A DNA stretch of 32,000 nucleotides from Pseudomonas aeruginosa. GTDB lineage: Bacteria; Pseudomonadota; Gammaproteobacteria; Pseudomonadales; Pseudomonadaceae. The stretch is taken from NCBI RefSeq assembly GCF_001457615.1, contig NZ_LN831024.1, forward strand, positions 5,910,001 to 5,942,000, read 5' to 3'. Shown here piece after piece: positions 17,371 to 25,876 of this stretch. Position numbers and translations under genes: made by a program. The number at the start of each line of letters is the position of its first letter. Within the stretch, counting starts at the first letter, position 1. The notes below the pieces were generated by a model. That model worked only from the letters and a program-made list of their open reading frames with translations. It was not told the origin of the DNA and ran no database searches.

Positions 17371-18564
17371 ATGAATTCGTCCCAGGGTTTCCCCCGCCTC
17401 GCGCTGTTTCTCTGCGGTTGCGCTGCGTTCCTCAATCTCTATACCACCCAGGGCATCTTCGACGAACTGGCGGCGAGCTTCCACATCAGCGCCCATCAAT
17501 CGAACTGGAGCATCACCGCCACCACCCTGGCGGTGGCTCTCGCCGCGCCCTTCGTCGGCCGACTCAGCGGCGGCCGCGAGCGCAGCCGGGTGATCGCCTT
17601 CGCCGCCAGCCTGCTCTGCGTGCCCATGCTGCTGGCCGCCCATGCCGGCAGCTTCGCCGCCTTCCTGCTCTGGCGCTTCGCCGAAGGGATGCTGATTCCC
17701 CTGCTGTTCGCCAGCAGCGTGGCCTACATCGGCGAGCGCTGGAGCGGCGGCGCGGTCATCGAGCTGACCAGCCTCTATGTCGCCGGGACCATCCTCGGCG
17801 GCTTCGCCGGACGCTTCCTCACCGGCCTGCTGACCGAGGAGTGGGATTGGCGCGTCGCCTTCCGGATCCTCGCCGGGCTGACCCTGCTCATCGCTGTCGC
17901 CATCCGTGCGCTGCTCCCTGCCAATTCTGGCAGGCACGCGCCCGCACCGGGGAAACGCCCCTTAGTATCCCGTGAACTGTTCCGGGCTCCGCTGCTGTCG
18001 TCCTACGCGGTGGGGTTCTGTGTCCTCTTTTCCCAGGTCGCCATGTTCACCTATATCGGCATCCATCTCAGCCGTCCGCCGTACAGCCTGGACACCGCTC
18101 AGCTCGGCTCGATCTACGCGGTGTTCCTCCTCGCCCTGCTGGTGATTCCCGCCAGCGGCCGCCTGGCCCGCACCCGCCCGCACCGCCAGTTGCTGCTGGG
18201 CGCATCGCTGCTGGGCGTGTGCGGCTCGCTGCTGACCCTGGCGCCGGGCCTGCCGACGATTCTCGTCGGCCTGGCCCTCAGCGCCACCGGCGTGTTCCTC
18301 GCACAGTCCACGGTCAACGCCTTCACCGCCAGCAATGCCGGGACCGACAAGGCCGGTGCCGTCGGCCTCTACCTGACCTGCTACTACGCCGGTGGCAGCC
18401 TCGGCGCGGTGCTGCCGGCGCCATTCTGGGAGCGCTGGGGCTGGCCGGGCTGCCTGGGCCTGATCCTCCTGGCCCAGTTGCTGCCGTTGCTTCTGACCCG
18501 CTACGGCTGGTCCGCACCACCGGCCGAACGCGCGGCCCTGCGCGCGTCGCAAGGAAGACCGTAA
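17371..18564 (+). CDS. MFS transporter (YnfM-like)
   Basis: 397-aa protein with about 12 TM segments and MFS loop motifs (GRLSGGRERSRV). It is divergent from a LysR gene, as in the E. coli ynfL/ynfM pair (from memory). Confidence 0.8.
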   Translation: MNSSQGFPRLALFLCGCAAFLNLYTTQGIFDELAASFHISAHQSNWSITATTLAVALAAPFVGRLSGGRERSRVIAFAASLLCVPMLLAAHAGSFAAFLLWRFAEGMLIPLLFASSVAYIGERWSGGAVIELTSLYVAGTILGGFAGRFLTGLLTEEWDWRVAFRILAGLTLLIAVAIRALLPANSGRHAPAPGKRPLVSRELFRAPLLSSYAVGFCVLFSQVAMFTYIGIHLSRPPYSLDTAQLGSIYAVFLLALLVIPASGRLARTRPHRQLLLGASLLGVCGSLLTLAPGLPTILVGLALSATGVFLAQSTVNAFTASNAGTDKAGAVGLYLTCYYAGGSLGAVLPAPFWERWGWPGCLGLILLAQLLPLLLTRYGWSAPPAERAALRASQGRP

Positions 18565-18602
18565 CCATCGCAAGAACAACAAGAACCGACAGGAGGTTAG
18601 CC

Positions 18603-19424
18603 ATGAACCATGTCATCACCCCCCACAGCAAGCTGCTCGGCGTCATCGAGCCGGTCCTCAACGACATGCCCGCCGGAACCCTGCGCCACGCACTGTTCCG
18701 GGCCTTCTGGGACGAGACGGCGTCGTTGCTGGACATCGAGGACGCCTTCGCCCGGGTCACCGCCCGGCGCCAGGCGGTCGAGCCGCTGCGCAAGTTCTTC
18801 GCCAGCTGGTCGAAGACCAACAACTCGGCGGCCAGCGTTTCCGGACTGGCCAATCGCCTTACCCTGCTGGCCCGTTCGGAACAGGGTTCGGCAGCGGCAG
18901 ACCAGCTCTATCGAGCCTGCGGCAGCCTGCAACGGATCACCGACGAAGACCTCGGCGCCCTCGGCAACACCGTGCATGCCGATCTTTTCTACACCATGGC
19001 CACCACCCTTTGCGGCGACGACCGCTGGCTGCTGCGCGAGAACTGCCTGCCTTCGGCGCAGGCGTTCAAGGACTGGACCGACCGCCAGCGCCTGCGCGAG
19101 CGCGACCTGATGCAGGGACTGCTGACCACGCTGGTACACGAGGTCTATACCCACGGCGAGGTGGAGTACATCCACCCGCTGTACAAGGAATGGTTCAGCC
19201 GCGACATGGGCGTACCCGCCGAACGCGCCCGCGCCACCGTGGCCTGGGTAACGGTGCACACCGGCGGCACCGAGAGCAATCACTTCGCCCACGCCACGGC
19301 GGCGGTGAACGCCTTCGTCGAGGCGATGGAAATCGAGGTGAACGAAGAAGCCGCGCGCAACCTGTTCGGGCTCTACCTGCGCAACAAGGCGCAGGTCATG
19401 CGTGACTGCGCGGCGCTGTTCTGA
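18603..19424 (+). CDS. Hypothetical protein, heme-oxygenase-like fold (possible diiron oxidase/oxygenase family)
   Basis: This is the ORF 18219..19424 trimmed to MNHVITPHSKLL (ATG at 18603, AGGAGG 6 nt upstream), giving 273 aa, predicted helical. The candidate metal-ligand pattern is ITDEDLGALGNTVHADLF, then LVHEVYTHGEVE, then VHTGGTESNHFAHA. This resembles the E..H / E / H..(D/E)..H arrangement of the CADD/Haem_oxygenase_2-type family. Confidence 0.45.
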   Translation: MNHVITPHSKLLGVIEPVLNDMPAGTLRHALFRAFWDETASLLDIEDAFARVTARRQAVEPLRKFFASWSKTNNSAASVSGLANRLTLLARSEQGSAAADQLYRACGSLQRITDEDLGALGNTVHADLFYTMATTLCGDDRWLLRENCLPSAQAFKDWTDRQRLRERDLMQGLLTTLVHEVYTHGEVEYIHPLYKEWFSRDMGVPAERARATVAWVTVHTGGTESNHFAHATAAVNAFVEAMEIEVNEEAARNLFGLYLRNKAQVMRDCAALF

Positions 19425-19429
19425 GGACT

Positions 19430-19456
19430 GGCGGCCCTCCCGTCAGGGGGGCCGCC
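19430..19456. terminator. Bidirectional GC hairpin between convergent genes
   Basis: GGCGGCCCTCCC-gtca-GGGGGGCCGCC is an 11-bp stem with one bulge. It lies between the stop at 19424 (+) and the ubiI stop at 19461 (-). Confidence 0.55.
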
Positions 19457-19460
19457 CCGC

Positions 19461-20678
19461 TCAGACTCGTGCCAGCGACGGCAGGTCGCCGCTGAGGCCA
19501 AGCGCCTGGCGGACGAACAGCGCCTTCGCCTCGTGATGGCCGTCGACCAGGCGCAGGCCGGCGTTGCGCAGCCAGCGCAGCGGCAACCGGTCGGCCTGGA
19601 ACAGGCGCTCGAAGCCTTCCATCGCCGTCATCATGCCCAGGTTGTGCGGCATCCGCCGCCGCTCGAAGCGACTCAGCACGCGTTCGTCGGCAAGCCGTTC
19701 GCCGCGCTCCAGGGCGTGCAACAGGACCTCGGACAGCACCGCCGCATCGAGGAAGCCCAGGTTCACGCCCTGTCCGGCCAGCGGGTGGATGGTGTGCGCA
19801 GCATCGCCGACCAGCGCCAGGCCCGGCTCGACGTAACGCTTGGCGTGCCGCTGGCGCAGCGGGATGCACAGGCGCCGGTCGGCATGCAGGATGGCGCCCA
19901 GGCGCTGTTCGAAGGCTTCGCCGAGGGCGGCGCGGAAGCCATCCTCGTCCAACGCCATCAGGCGTTCTGCCTGTTCCGGGGTGGTCGACCAGACGATCGA
20001 GCACCAGTGCTCGTCGCCGCGGTCCGGCAGGGGCAGGAAGGCCAGCGGACCGTCGTCGGTGAAGCGCTGCCAGGCGGTTGCGCGGTGCGCGTTCTCGCAG
20101 CGCACGCTGGTGACGATGGCGTGGTGCAGGTAATCCCATTCGCGGGTGGCGCAGCCGGCCAGGCGGCGTACCGCCGAGTTGGCGCCGTCGGCGGCGACCA
20201 CCAGCGGCGCACGCAGCTGGCGACCGTCGGCCAGGGTCAGCAGCCAGTCGTCGCCGGAGTGGCGCATCTGTTCCAGGCGCGCATTGGCCAGCAGGCCGGT
20301 GGTGGAATCGTGCAGGCGTTCCAGCAGGGCGTCCTGCACCACCCGGTTCTCGACGATATGGCCGAGTACCTCGGCGTGCACGCTGGCGGCGCTGAAGCCG
20401 ATCCGCCCGGTGCCGGAGCCATCCCACACCTGCATCTCGCGATAGGGCTCGGCGCGGCGCGCGACGATGCCGTCCCAGGCATGCAGGCGCTGGAGAATCC
20501 GCCGGCTGGCTTCGGACAGCGCGCTGACCCGCGGCTCGTAGGGCGCCTCCGGCTTGAACGGCGCCACGTCGAGCGAGCCGCCGTCCACCAGCAGCACCTC
20601 CAGGCCGCTGCCCTCCAGGGCCAGGGCCAGGGCGCTACCGACCATGCCGGCGCCGACGATGACCAGATCCGCGTGCAT
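19461..20678 (-). CDS. ubiI: FAD-dependent 2-polyprenylphenol hydroxylase (UbiI/VisC)
   Basis: This is the ORF 19461..20885 trimmed to MHADLVIVGAGMVGSALALAL (cat at 20676-20678, GAGAACGAGGAT upstream), giving 405 aa. It has a GxGxxG motif and GDAAHTIHPLAGQGVNLG. It holds the last position of a ygfB-pepP-ubiH-visC-like cluster. Confidence 0.85.
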   Translation of the reverse strand: MHADLVIVGAGMVGSALALALEGSGLEVLLVDGGSLDVAPFKPEAPYEPRVSALSEASRRILQRLHAWDGIVARRAEPYREMQVWDGSGTGRIGFSAASVHAEVLGHIVENRVVQDALLERLHDSTTGLLANARLEQMRHSGDDWLLTLADGRQLRAPLVVAADGANSAVRRLAGCATREWDYLHHAIVTSVRCENAHRATAWQRFTDDGPLAFLPLPDRGDEHWCSIVWSTTPEQAERLMALDEDGFRAALGEAFEQRLGAILHADRRLCIPLRQRHAKRYVEPGLALVGDAAHTIHPLAGQGVNLGFLDAAVLSEVLLHALERGERLADERVLSRFERRRMPHNLGMMTAMEGFERLFQADRLPLRWLRNAGLRLVDGHHEAKALFVRQALGLSGDLPSLARV

Positions 20679-20706
20679 ATCCTCGTTCTCCACTCGTGGG
20701 CCCTCT

Positions 20707-21189
20707 TCAGGCCGCGTTCCGCAGGCGCGGCTTGAGCCGCACGTACAGGGTTTTCTGAACCCGCGCCACCAGGGTGCCGGCGTCGTCGCGCACTTCGGCG
20801 TGCAGCCGGGGCAGGTACTTCTCGCCGCCGGCGGTCCGCTCGCGGACCTCGTCGAGCAGCTTCTGGTCGATGCTGAAATGCGCATGCACCGGGCCCTTGC
20901 CCGGGCTGACGAACTCGATGTTGGCCGCCTTGTCCCAGACCACGTAGTCGCGGCCCAGGTTCTCCATCAGCATCAGCATGAAGAACGGGTCGGTCATCGC
21001 GTAGAGGCTGCCGCCGAACTGGGTGCCTACATAGTTGCGATTGAGCCGGTTCAGGCCCATGCGCACCCGAACCTCGCGGAAATCGCCAGCGATGTGCCGC
21101 ACACGGATGCCCGCCCCCAGGAAGGGCGGGTAGAGATTCATGGCGAAGCGCAGCAGGCGGGCCTTGCGCGCCCTCGACCAGACCGGCAT
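20707..21189 (-). CDS. Hotdog-fold / DUF4442-like (thioesterase-like) protein
   Basis: The 160-aa ORF starts 4 nt after the ubiH stop and ends 28 nt before the ubiI start. The sequence NRNYVGTQFGGSLYAMTDPFFMLMLM..VVWDKAANIEFVSPGKG is reminiscent of the DUF4442/hotdog family (from memory). An alternative start lies at 21141. No clear SD precedes either start. Confidence 0.55.
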   Translation of the reverse strand: MPVWSRARKARLLRFAMNLYPPFLGAGIRVRHIAGDFREVRVRMGLNRLNRNYVGTQFGGSLYAMTDPFFMLMLMENLGRDYVVWDKAANIEFVSPGKGPVHAHFSIDQKLLDEVRERTAGGEKYLPRLHAEVRDDAGTLVARVQKTLYVRLKPRLRNAA

Positions 21190-21193
21190 GGCG

Positions 21194-22378
21194 CTACAGC
21201 GGCCGCGCGCCGAGGCCCATGGCCTGGCGGGCGAACCAGCGCTTGGCCGGCGGCAGCAGGTCGAGCCCGAGCAGGCCGAGGTTGCGCCCGGCGCCGAGCA
21301 GCGCGCGGTCGTTGGAGAACAGCCGGGTCACCCGGTCGGAGAAGCCGACGGTCATCTGCTGGTCCAGGCGCTGCCCATCGAGGTAGCGCTGCAGCACGGC
21401 GAACTCGCCCAGCGGCGCGTCGTCGTGGAGCAGGGCGTCGACCAGCGCCAGGGTGTCGCGCAACGACAGGTTGAAGCCCTGGCCGGCGATGGGGTGCAGA
21501 CTGTGCGCAGCGTTGCCCAGCACCACCAGGTGCGGACGCACCTGCTCGCGGGCCTCGACCAGGTGCAAGGGGTAGCAGTGCCGTGCGCCGACCTGGCGGA
21601 AGGCGCCGAGGCGGTAGCCGAAGGCAGCCTGCAGCTCGCCGAGGAAGGCCGCGTCATCGAGGCCACGCAGGCGTTCGGCGTCCTTGCCTGGGCGGGTCCA
21701 GATCAGCGCGCAACGGTTATCCGGCAACGGCAGCAGGGCCATCGGACCGCTGGGGGTGAAGCGCTCGAAGGCCTGCCCGAGGTGCGCCTCGGAGGGCGAT
21801 ACGTTGGCGATCAGCGCAGTCTGCCGGTACGGCGTCTGCTCCACGGCGATGCCAAGTTGTTCGCGCAGCCCGGAACGACCGCCATCGGCGAGGATCGCCA
21901 GCTCGCAATCGAGTTGCGTCTCGTCGTCGAGGGTAAGCCGGTAACCGCCCTCCCGGGCTTCCAGGGTCTTCACTTCGGCCGGGCAGTGCCAGCGCACCAC
22001 CTCGGGGTCGAGCGCCTTCCACAGGCACTGGCCGAGCCAGGCGTTCTCCACCACGTAGCCCAGCGCCGGCACGCCTTCCTCGATGGCGGTCAGGCGGGTG
22101 GCGCCGAAGCGGCCGCGGTCGGAAACATGGATATGCAGGATCGGCTCGGCGCGCTCGGCGATCGCCGGCCACAGGCCGAGTCGCTCGTAGATCTGCCGGC
22201 TGCCGTAGGATAGCGCCGAAGAGCGGGCGTCGTAGCTGGGCTGGTAGGCGTTGCCGGGGGCGAAGGGTTCGATCAGCACGATCGACCAGCCGCGCTCCCG
22301 AGCGCCGGCCTGCAGGGCCAGCGCCAGCGAGGCGCCGACCAGGCCCCCGCCGATGATCGCCAGGTTGACCTTGCTCAT
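21194..22378 (-). CDS. ubiH: 2-octaprenyl-6-methoxyphenol hydroxylase (FAD monooxygenase)
   Basis: ORF 21194..22384 begins at a GTG. The ATG at 22378 (MSKVNLAIIGGGLVGASLALAL) has GAGGT 5 nt upstream, so I prefer it. The motif GNAAHSLHPIAGQGFNL is present. Length is 394 aa. Confidence 0.88.
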   Translation of the reverse strand: MSKVNLAIIGGGLVGASLALALQAGARERGWSIVLIEPFAPGNAYQPSYDARSSALSYGSRQIYERLGLWPAIAERAEPILHIHVSDRGRFGATRLTAIEEGVPALGYVVENAWLGQCLWKALDPEVVRWHCPAEVKTLEAREGGYRLTLDDETQLDCELAILADGGRSGLREQLGIAVEQTPYRQTALIANVSPSEAHLGQAFERFTPSGPMALLPLPDNRCALIWTRPGKDAERLRGLDDAAFLGELQAAFGYRLGAFRQVGARHCYPLHLVEAREQVRPHLVVLGNAAHSLHPIAGQGFNLSLRDTLALVDALLHDDAPLGEFAVLQRYLDGQRLDQQMTVGFSDRVTRLFSNDRALLGAGRNLGLLGLDLLPPAKRWFARQAMGLGARPL

Positions 22379-22385
22379 CGTCACC

Positions 22386-23720
22386 TCAGGCTGCCTCGCT
22401 CTTGGCCGCGGCCATCAGCGCCTCGATCTCGGCGACGGTCTTCGGCACGCCGTTGGTCAGCACTTCGCAACCATTGCGGGTGACCACCACGTCGTCCTCG
22501 ATGCGTACGCCGATACCGCGCCACTTCTTCGCCACCGAGGTATTGTCCGGGGCGATGTAGATGCCCGGCTCGACGGTCATCGCCATGCCCGGTTCGAGCA
22601 CCCGCCATTCGCCGCCGACGCGGTACTCGCCGACGTCGTGCACGTCCATCCCCAGCCAGTGGCCGGCGCGGTGCATGTAGAAAGCCTTGTAGGCCTCGTG
22701 GGCGATCAGCTCGTCGACGTCGCCCTCCAGCAGGCCCAAGCGCACCAGCCCGGCGGTGATGACCCGTACGGTGGCCTCATGGGCCTCGTTCCAGTGGCGA
22801 CCGGGGGCGATGTAGTCGAACGCCGCCATGTTGGCTTCCAGCACCAGTTCGTAGATCGCCTTCTGCTCGGGACTGAAGCGGCCATTGGCGGGGAAGGTAC
22901 GGGTGATGTCGCTGGCGTAGCAGTCGATCTCGCAGCCGGCATCGATCAGGATCAGGTCGCCGTCCTTGATCGCCGCATCGTTCTCGCGGTAGTGCAGGAT
23001 GCAGGCGTTGCGTCCGGCGGCGACGATCGAGCCGTAGGCCGGCATCTTCGCCCCGCCCTTGCGGAACTCGTATTCCAGTTCGGCTTCCAGGTGGTACTCG
23101 AACAGCCCCGGCCGGCACACCTCCATCGCCCGGATGTGCGCCCGGGCGGAGACCTCGGCGGCGTAGCGCATGACCTTCACTTCGTTGGCGCTCTTGTACA
23201 GCCGCTGGTCGTGCAGCAGGTGGTCGAGGGCAACGAACTCGTTCGGCGGCTGCGCGCCCTGGCGGGCCTTGGAGCGGATCACGTTGATCCAGTCCATCAG
23301 CCGGCGGTCGAAGTCGGGATTGGCGCCAAGGGCGTAGTAGACCCGGTCGCGGCCTTCGATCAGGCCGGGCAGGATGTCGTCGATATCGCCGATGGGAAAG
23401 GCGTCGTCGGCGCCGTACTGGCCGATCGCACCGTCCTGGCCGGCGCGCAGGCCGTCCCACAGTTCACGCTCCGGATCCCGCTCGCGGCAGAAAAGCACGT
23501 ATTCGCCGTGGGCACGGCCGGGAATCAGCGCCATCACCGCCTCCGGCTCTGGGAAGCCGGTGAGGTACTGGAAGTCGCTGTCCTGGCGGTAGACATGCTC
23601 GACGTCGCGATTGCGGATGTACATCGGCGCCGCCGGCAGGATGGCGATGCTGTTGGGTTCCATCTGCGCCATCAGCGCCTTGCGCCGACGGGCGTACTCC
23701 GACTTGGGGATACGGATCAT
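22386..23720 (-). CDS. pepP: Xaa-Pro aminopeptidase (aminopeptidase P, M24B)
   Basis: 444 aa. M24 metal-site regions are present: DAGCEIDCYASDITRT, HRAGHWLGMDVHD and EPGIYI..GIGVRIEDD. The SD TGAGGT overlaps the ygfB stop. Confidence 0.93.
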   Translation of the reverse strand: MIRIPKSEYARRRKALMAQMEPNSIAILPAAPMYIRNRDVEHVYRQDSDFQYLTGFPEPEAVMALIPGRAHGEYVLFCRERDPERELWDGLRAGQDGAIGQYGADDAFPIGDIDDILPGLIEGRDRVYYALGANPDFDRRLMDWINVIRSKARQGAQPPNEFVALDHLLHDQRLYKSANEVKVMRYAAEVSARAHIRAMEVCRPGLFEYHLEAELEYEFRKGGAKMPAYGSIVAAGRNACILHYRENDAAIKDGDLILIDAGCEIDCYASDITRTFPANGRFSPEQKAIYELVLEANMAAFDYIAPGRHWNEAHEATVRVITAGLVRLGLLEGDVDELIAHEAYKAFYMHRAGHWLGMDVHDVGEYRVGGEWRVLEPGMAMTVEPGIYIAPDNTSVAKKWRGIGVRIEDDVVVTRNGCEVLTNGVPKTVAEIEALMAAAKSEAA

Positions 23721-23729
23721 GCAGAAACC

Positions 23730-24344
<615 letters not shown>

Positions 24345-24408
24345 CTAGCACCGCCCGCCCCGGCAAGACCATGCGACCGGTTGCCGGCGCGCCGGCCCGG
24401 CCGGGGCA

Positions 24409-24437
24409 TTGGCCCCGACCGGGGACGATCCTATATA
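24409..24437 (+). promoter_or_regulatory. Candidate sigma70 promoter for the zapB-like/zapA pair
   Basis: TTGGCC (24409-24414), a 17-bp spacer, then TATATA (24432-24437). The ATG lies 36 nt downstream. Confidence 0.4.
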
Positions 24438-24472
24438 GTTGTCCAATCACCCCAATTCCCAAGCGAGAGCCC

Positions 24473-24682
24473 ATGGAAGACGCCGATCTGCAATTGTTGA
24501 CGGCCAAGTTCGACCAGCTGCTCCAGAAGCTGGAACAGCTCAAGGCGGAGAACCGGCTGCTGCGGGCGAACGAAAAGTCCTGGCGCGAAGAGCGCGCTCA
24601 TCTGATCGAAAAGAACGAAATGGCGAGACACAAGGTCGAAGCGATGATTTTGCGTCTGAAAGCCTTGGAGCAGGACACATGA
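24473..24682 (+). CDS. Small coiled-coil protein (ZapB-like / TIGR02449-type)
   Basis: This is the ORF 24371..24682 trimmed to MEDADLQLLTAKFDQLLQKLEQLKAENRLLRANEKSWREERAHLIEKNEMARHKVEAMILRLKALEQDT (69 aa). It shows heptad-like Leu spacing. Its stop overlaps the zapA start (ATGA at 24679-24682). Confidence 0.7.
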   Translation: MEDADLQLLTAKFDQLLQKLEQLKAENRLLRANEKSWREERAHLIEKNEMARHKVEAMILRLKALEQDT

Positions 24683-24993
24683 GCCAGTCGAATACCCTCA
24701 CCGTGCAGATTCTCGACAAGGAATACTGCATCAATTGCCCGGACGACGAGCGCGCCAACCTGGAAAGCGCCGCCCGTTACCTGGACGGCAAGATGCGCGA
24801 GATCCGCTCCAGCGGCAAAGTCATCGGCGCCGACCGGGTTGCCGTGATGGCCGCCCTCAACATCACCCACGACCTGCTGCACCGCAAGGAGCGCCTGGAC
24901 CAGGAAAGCAGCTCGACCCGCGAGCGCGTGCGCGAACTGCTCGATCGCGTCGACCGCGCCCTGGCGAATCCGGCCGATGCCGGCGAAGCCTGA
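24679..24993 (+). CDS. zapA: Cell division protein ZapA
   Basis: This is the ORF 24439..24993 trimmed to MSQSNTLTVQILDKEYCINCPDDERANLESAARYLDGKMREI.. (104 aa). It is collinear with E. coli ZapA (..[31 protein letters not shown].., from memory). Confidence 0.9.
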   Translation: MSQSNTLTVQILDKEYCINCPDDERANLESAARYLDGKMREIRSSGKVIGADRVAVMAALNITHDLLHRKERLDQESSSTRERVRELLDRVDRALANPADAGEA

Positions 24994-25014
24994 CCCGGGC
25001 GCGGCCAATTCGGG

Positions 25015-25020
25015 TATACT
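25015..25020 (+). promoter_or_regulatory. Candidate -10 box (TATACT) for ssrS
   Basis: cgggTATACTggcctccGCTCCC: the hexamer lies 7-8 nt upstream of the first base of the predicted 6S closing stem. The -35 is poor (cTGACC with a 19-bp spacer). Confidence 0.45.
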
Positions 25021-25026
25021 GGCCTC

Positions 25027-25207
25027 CGCTCCCTGGTGTGTTGGCCAGTCGGTGATGTCCCTGAGCCGATAACTGCAACAACGGAGGTTGCCAGTTGGAC
25101 CGGTGTGCATGTCCGCACGACGGAAAGCCTTAAGGTCTACTGCAACCGCCACCTTGAACTTTCGGGTTCAAGGGCTAACCCGACAGCGGCACGACCGGGG
25201 AGCTACC
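25027..25207 (+). ncRNA. ssrS: 6S RNA
   Basis: It lies between zapA and the 5-formyl-THF cyclo-ligase gene, as in E. coli. Conserved 6S blocks are present: CCCTGAGCCGATA (25059-25071), AAGCCTTAA, and CACCTTGAAC...GGGTTCAAGGGCTAAC. The termini pair (GCTCCCTGGTGTG near 25028 with CACGACCGGGGAGC ending near 25203). The ends are uncertain by a few nt. Confidence 0.88.
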
Positions 25208-25214
25208 TTTCCAC

Positions 25215-25826
25215 ATGATCGAATCGCAAGACCTCAGCCGCCCGGCCCTGCGCCGCAAGCTCCGCCAGGCGCGCCGCGCGCTCTCCCCCCTGCAGCAACG
25301 CCTCGCCGCCCGCGCCCTCTATCGACAACTGGCGCAGCATCCCCTTTTCCGCCGTGCCCGCCATATCGCCCTGTACCTGCCCAACGACGGCGAGATCGAC
25401 CCGCGTCCGCTGCTGCGTGCGGCGCAGAAGCGCGGCAAGGCCACCTACCTGCCGGTGCTGGCGCCCTGGCCGCGGACGCGCATGGTATTCCAGCGGGTCG
25501 GCAGCGGCGAACGCTGGACCCGCAACCGCTTCCGCATCAGCGAACCGCTGGCCGACGCCGGCCGCCAGCGCAAGGCCTGGGCGCTGGACCTGGTACTGCT
25601 GCCGCTGGTGGGGTTCGACGAACAGGGCGGGCGCCTGGGCATGGGCGGCGGCTTCTACGACCGCAGCCTGGCCTACCTGGCGAGGCGCAAAAATGGTCAC
25701 AAACCGACGCTGATCGGCCTGGCCCATGAATGTCAGAAGGTGGATCGACTGGCGCTGGCCAGCTGGGACATTCCCCTGGCGGGAACGGTGACCGATGCGG
25801 GCTGGTACGTGGCAGGGAAACGCTAG
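25215..25826 (+). CDS. ygfA: 5-formyltetrahydrofolate cyclo-ligase
   Basis: 203 aa. It has the N-terminal LRRKLRQARRAL and the family motif LVLLPLVGFDEQGGRLGMGGGFYDR. It starts about 10 nt after the predicted 6S 3' end. Confidence 0.9.
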   Translation: MIESQDLSRPALRRKLRQARRALSPLQQRLAARALYRQLAQHPLFRRARHIALYLPNDGEIDPRPLLRAAQKRGKATYLPVLAPWPRTRMVFQRVGSGERWTRNRFRISEPLADAGRQRKAWALDLVLLPLVGFDEQGGRLGMGGGFYDRSLAYLARRKNGHKPTLIGLAHECQKVDRLALASWDIPLAGTVTDAGWYVAGKR

Positions 25827-25844
25827 GAAGGAGGGAGAACCCTG

Positions 25845-25867
25845 GGTACCGCGTTCCATGCGATACC
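25845..25867. terminator. Weak imperfect hairpin between convergent genes
   Basis: GGTACCGC-gttccat-GCGATACC (7 of 8 pairs), with no U-tract. Confidence 0.25.
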
Positions 25868-25876
25868 CGGCGAGTC

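Noticed and set aside
24384-24395. 12-bp perfect palindrome CCGGCGCGCCGG, with neighbouring GGGGC/GCCCC mini-hairpins, in the ygfB/zapB-like divergent region.
   Set aside because: Pure G/C palindromes of this length are expected by chance at this base composition, and nothing positional links it to a promoter element.
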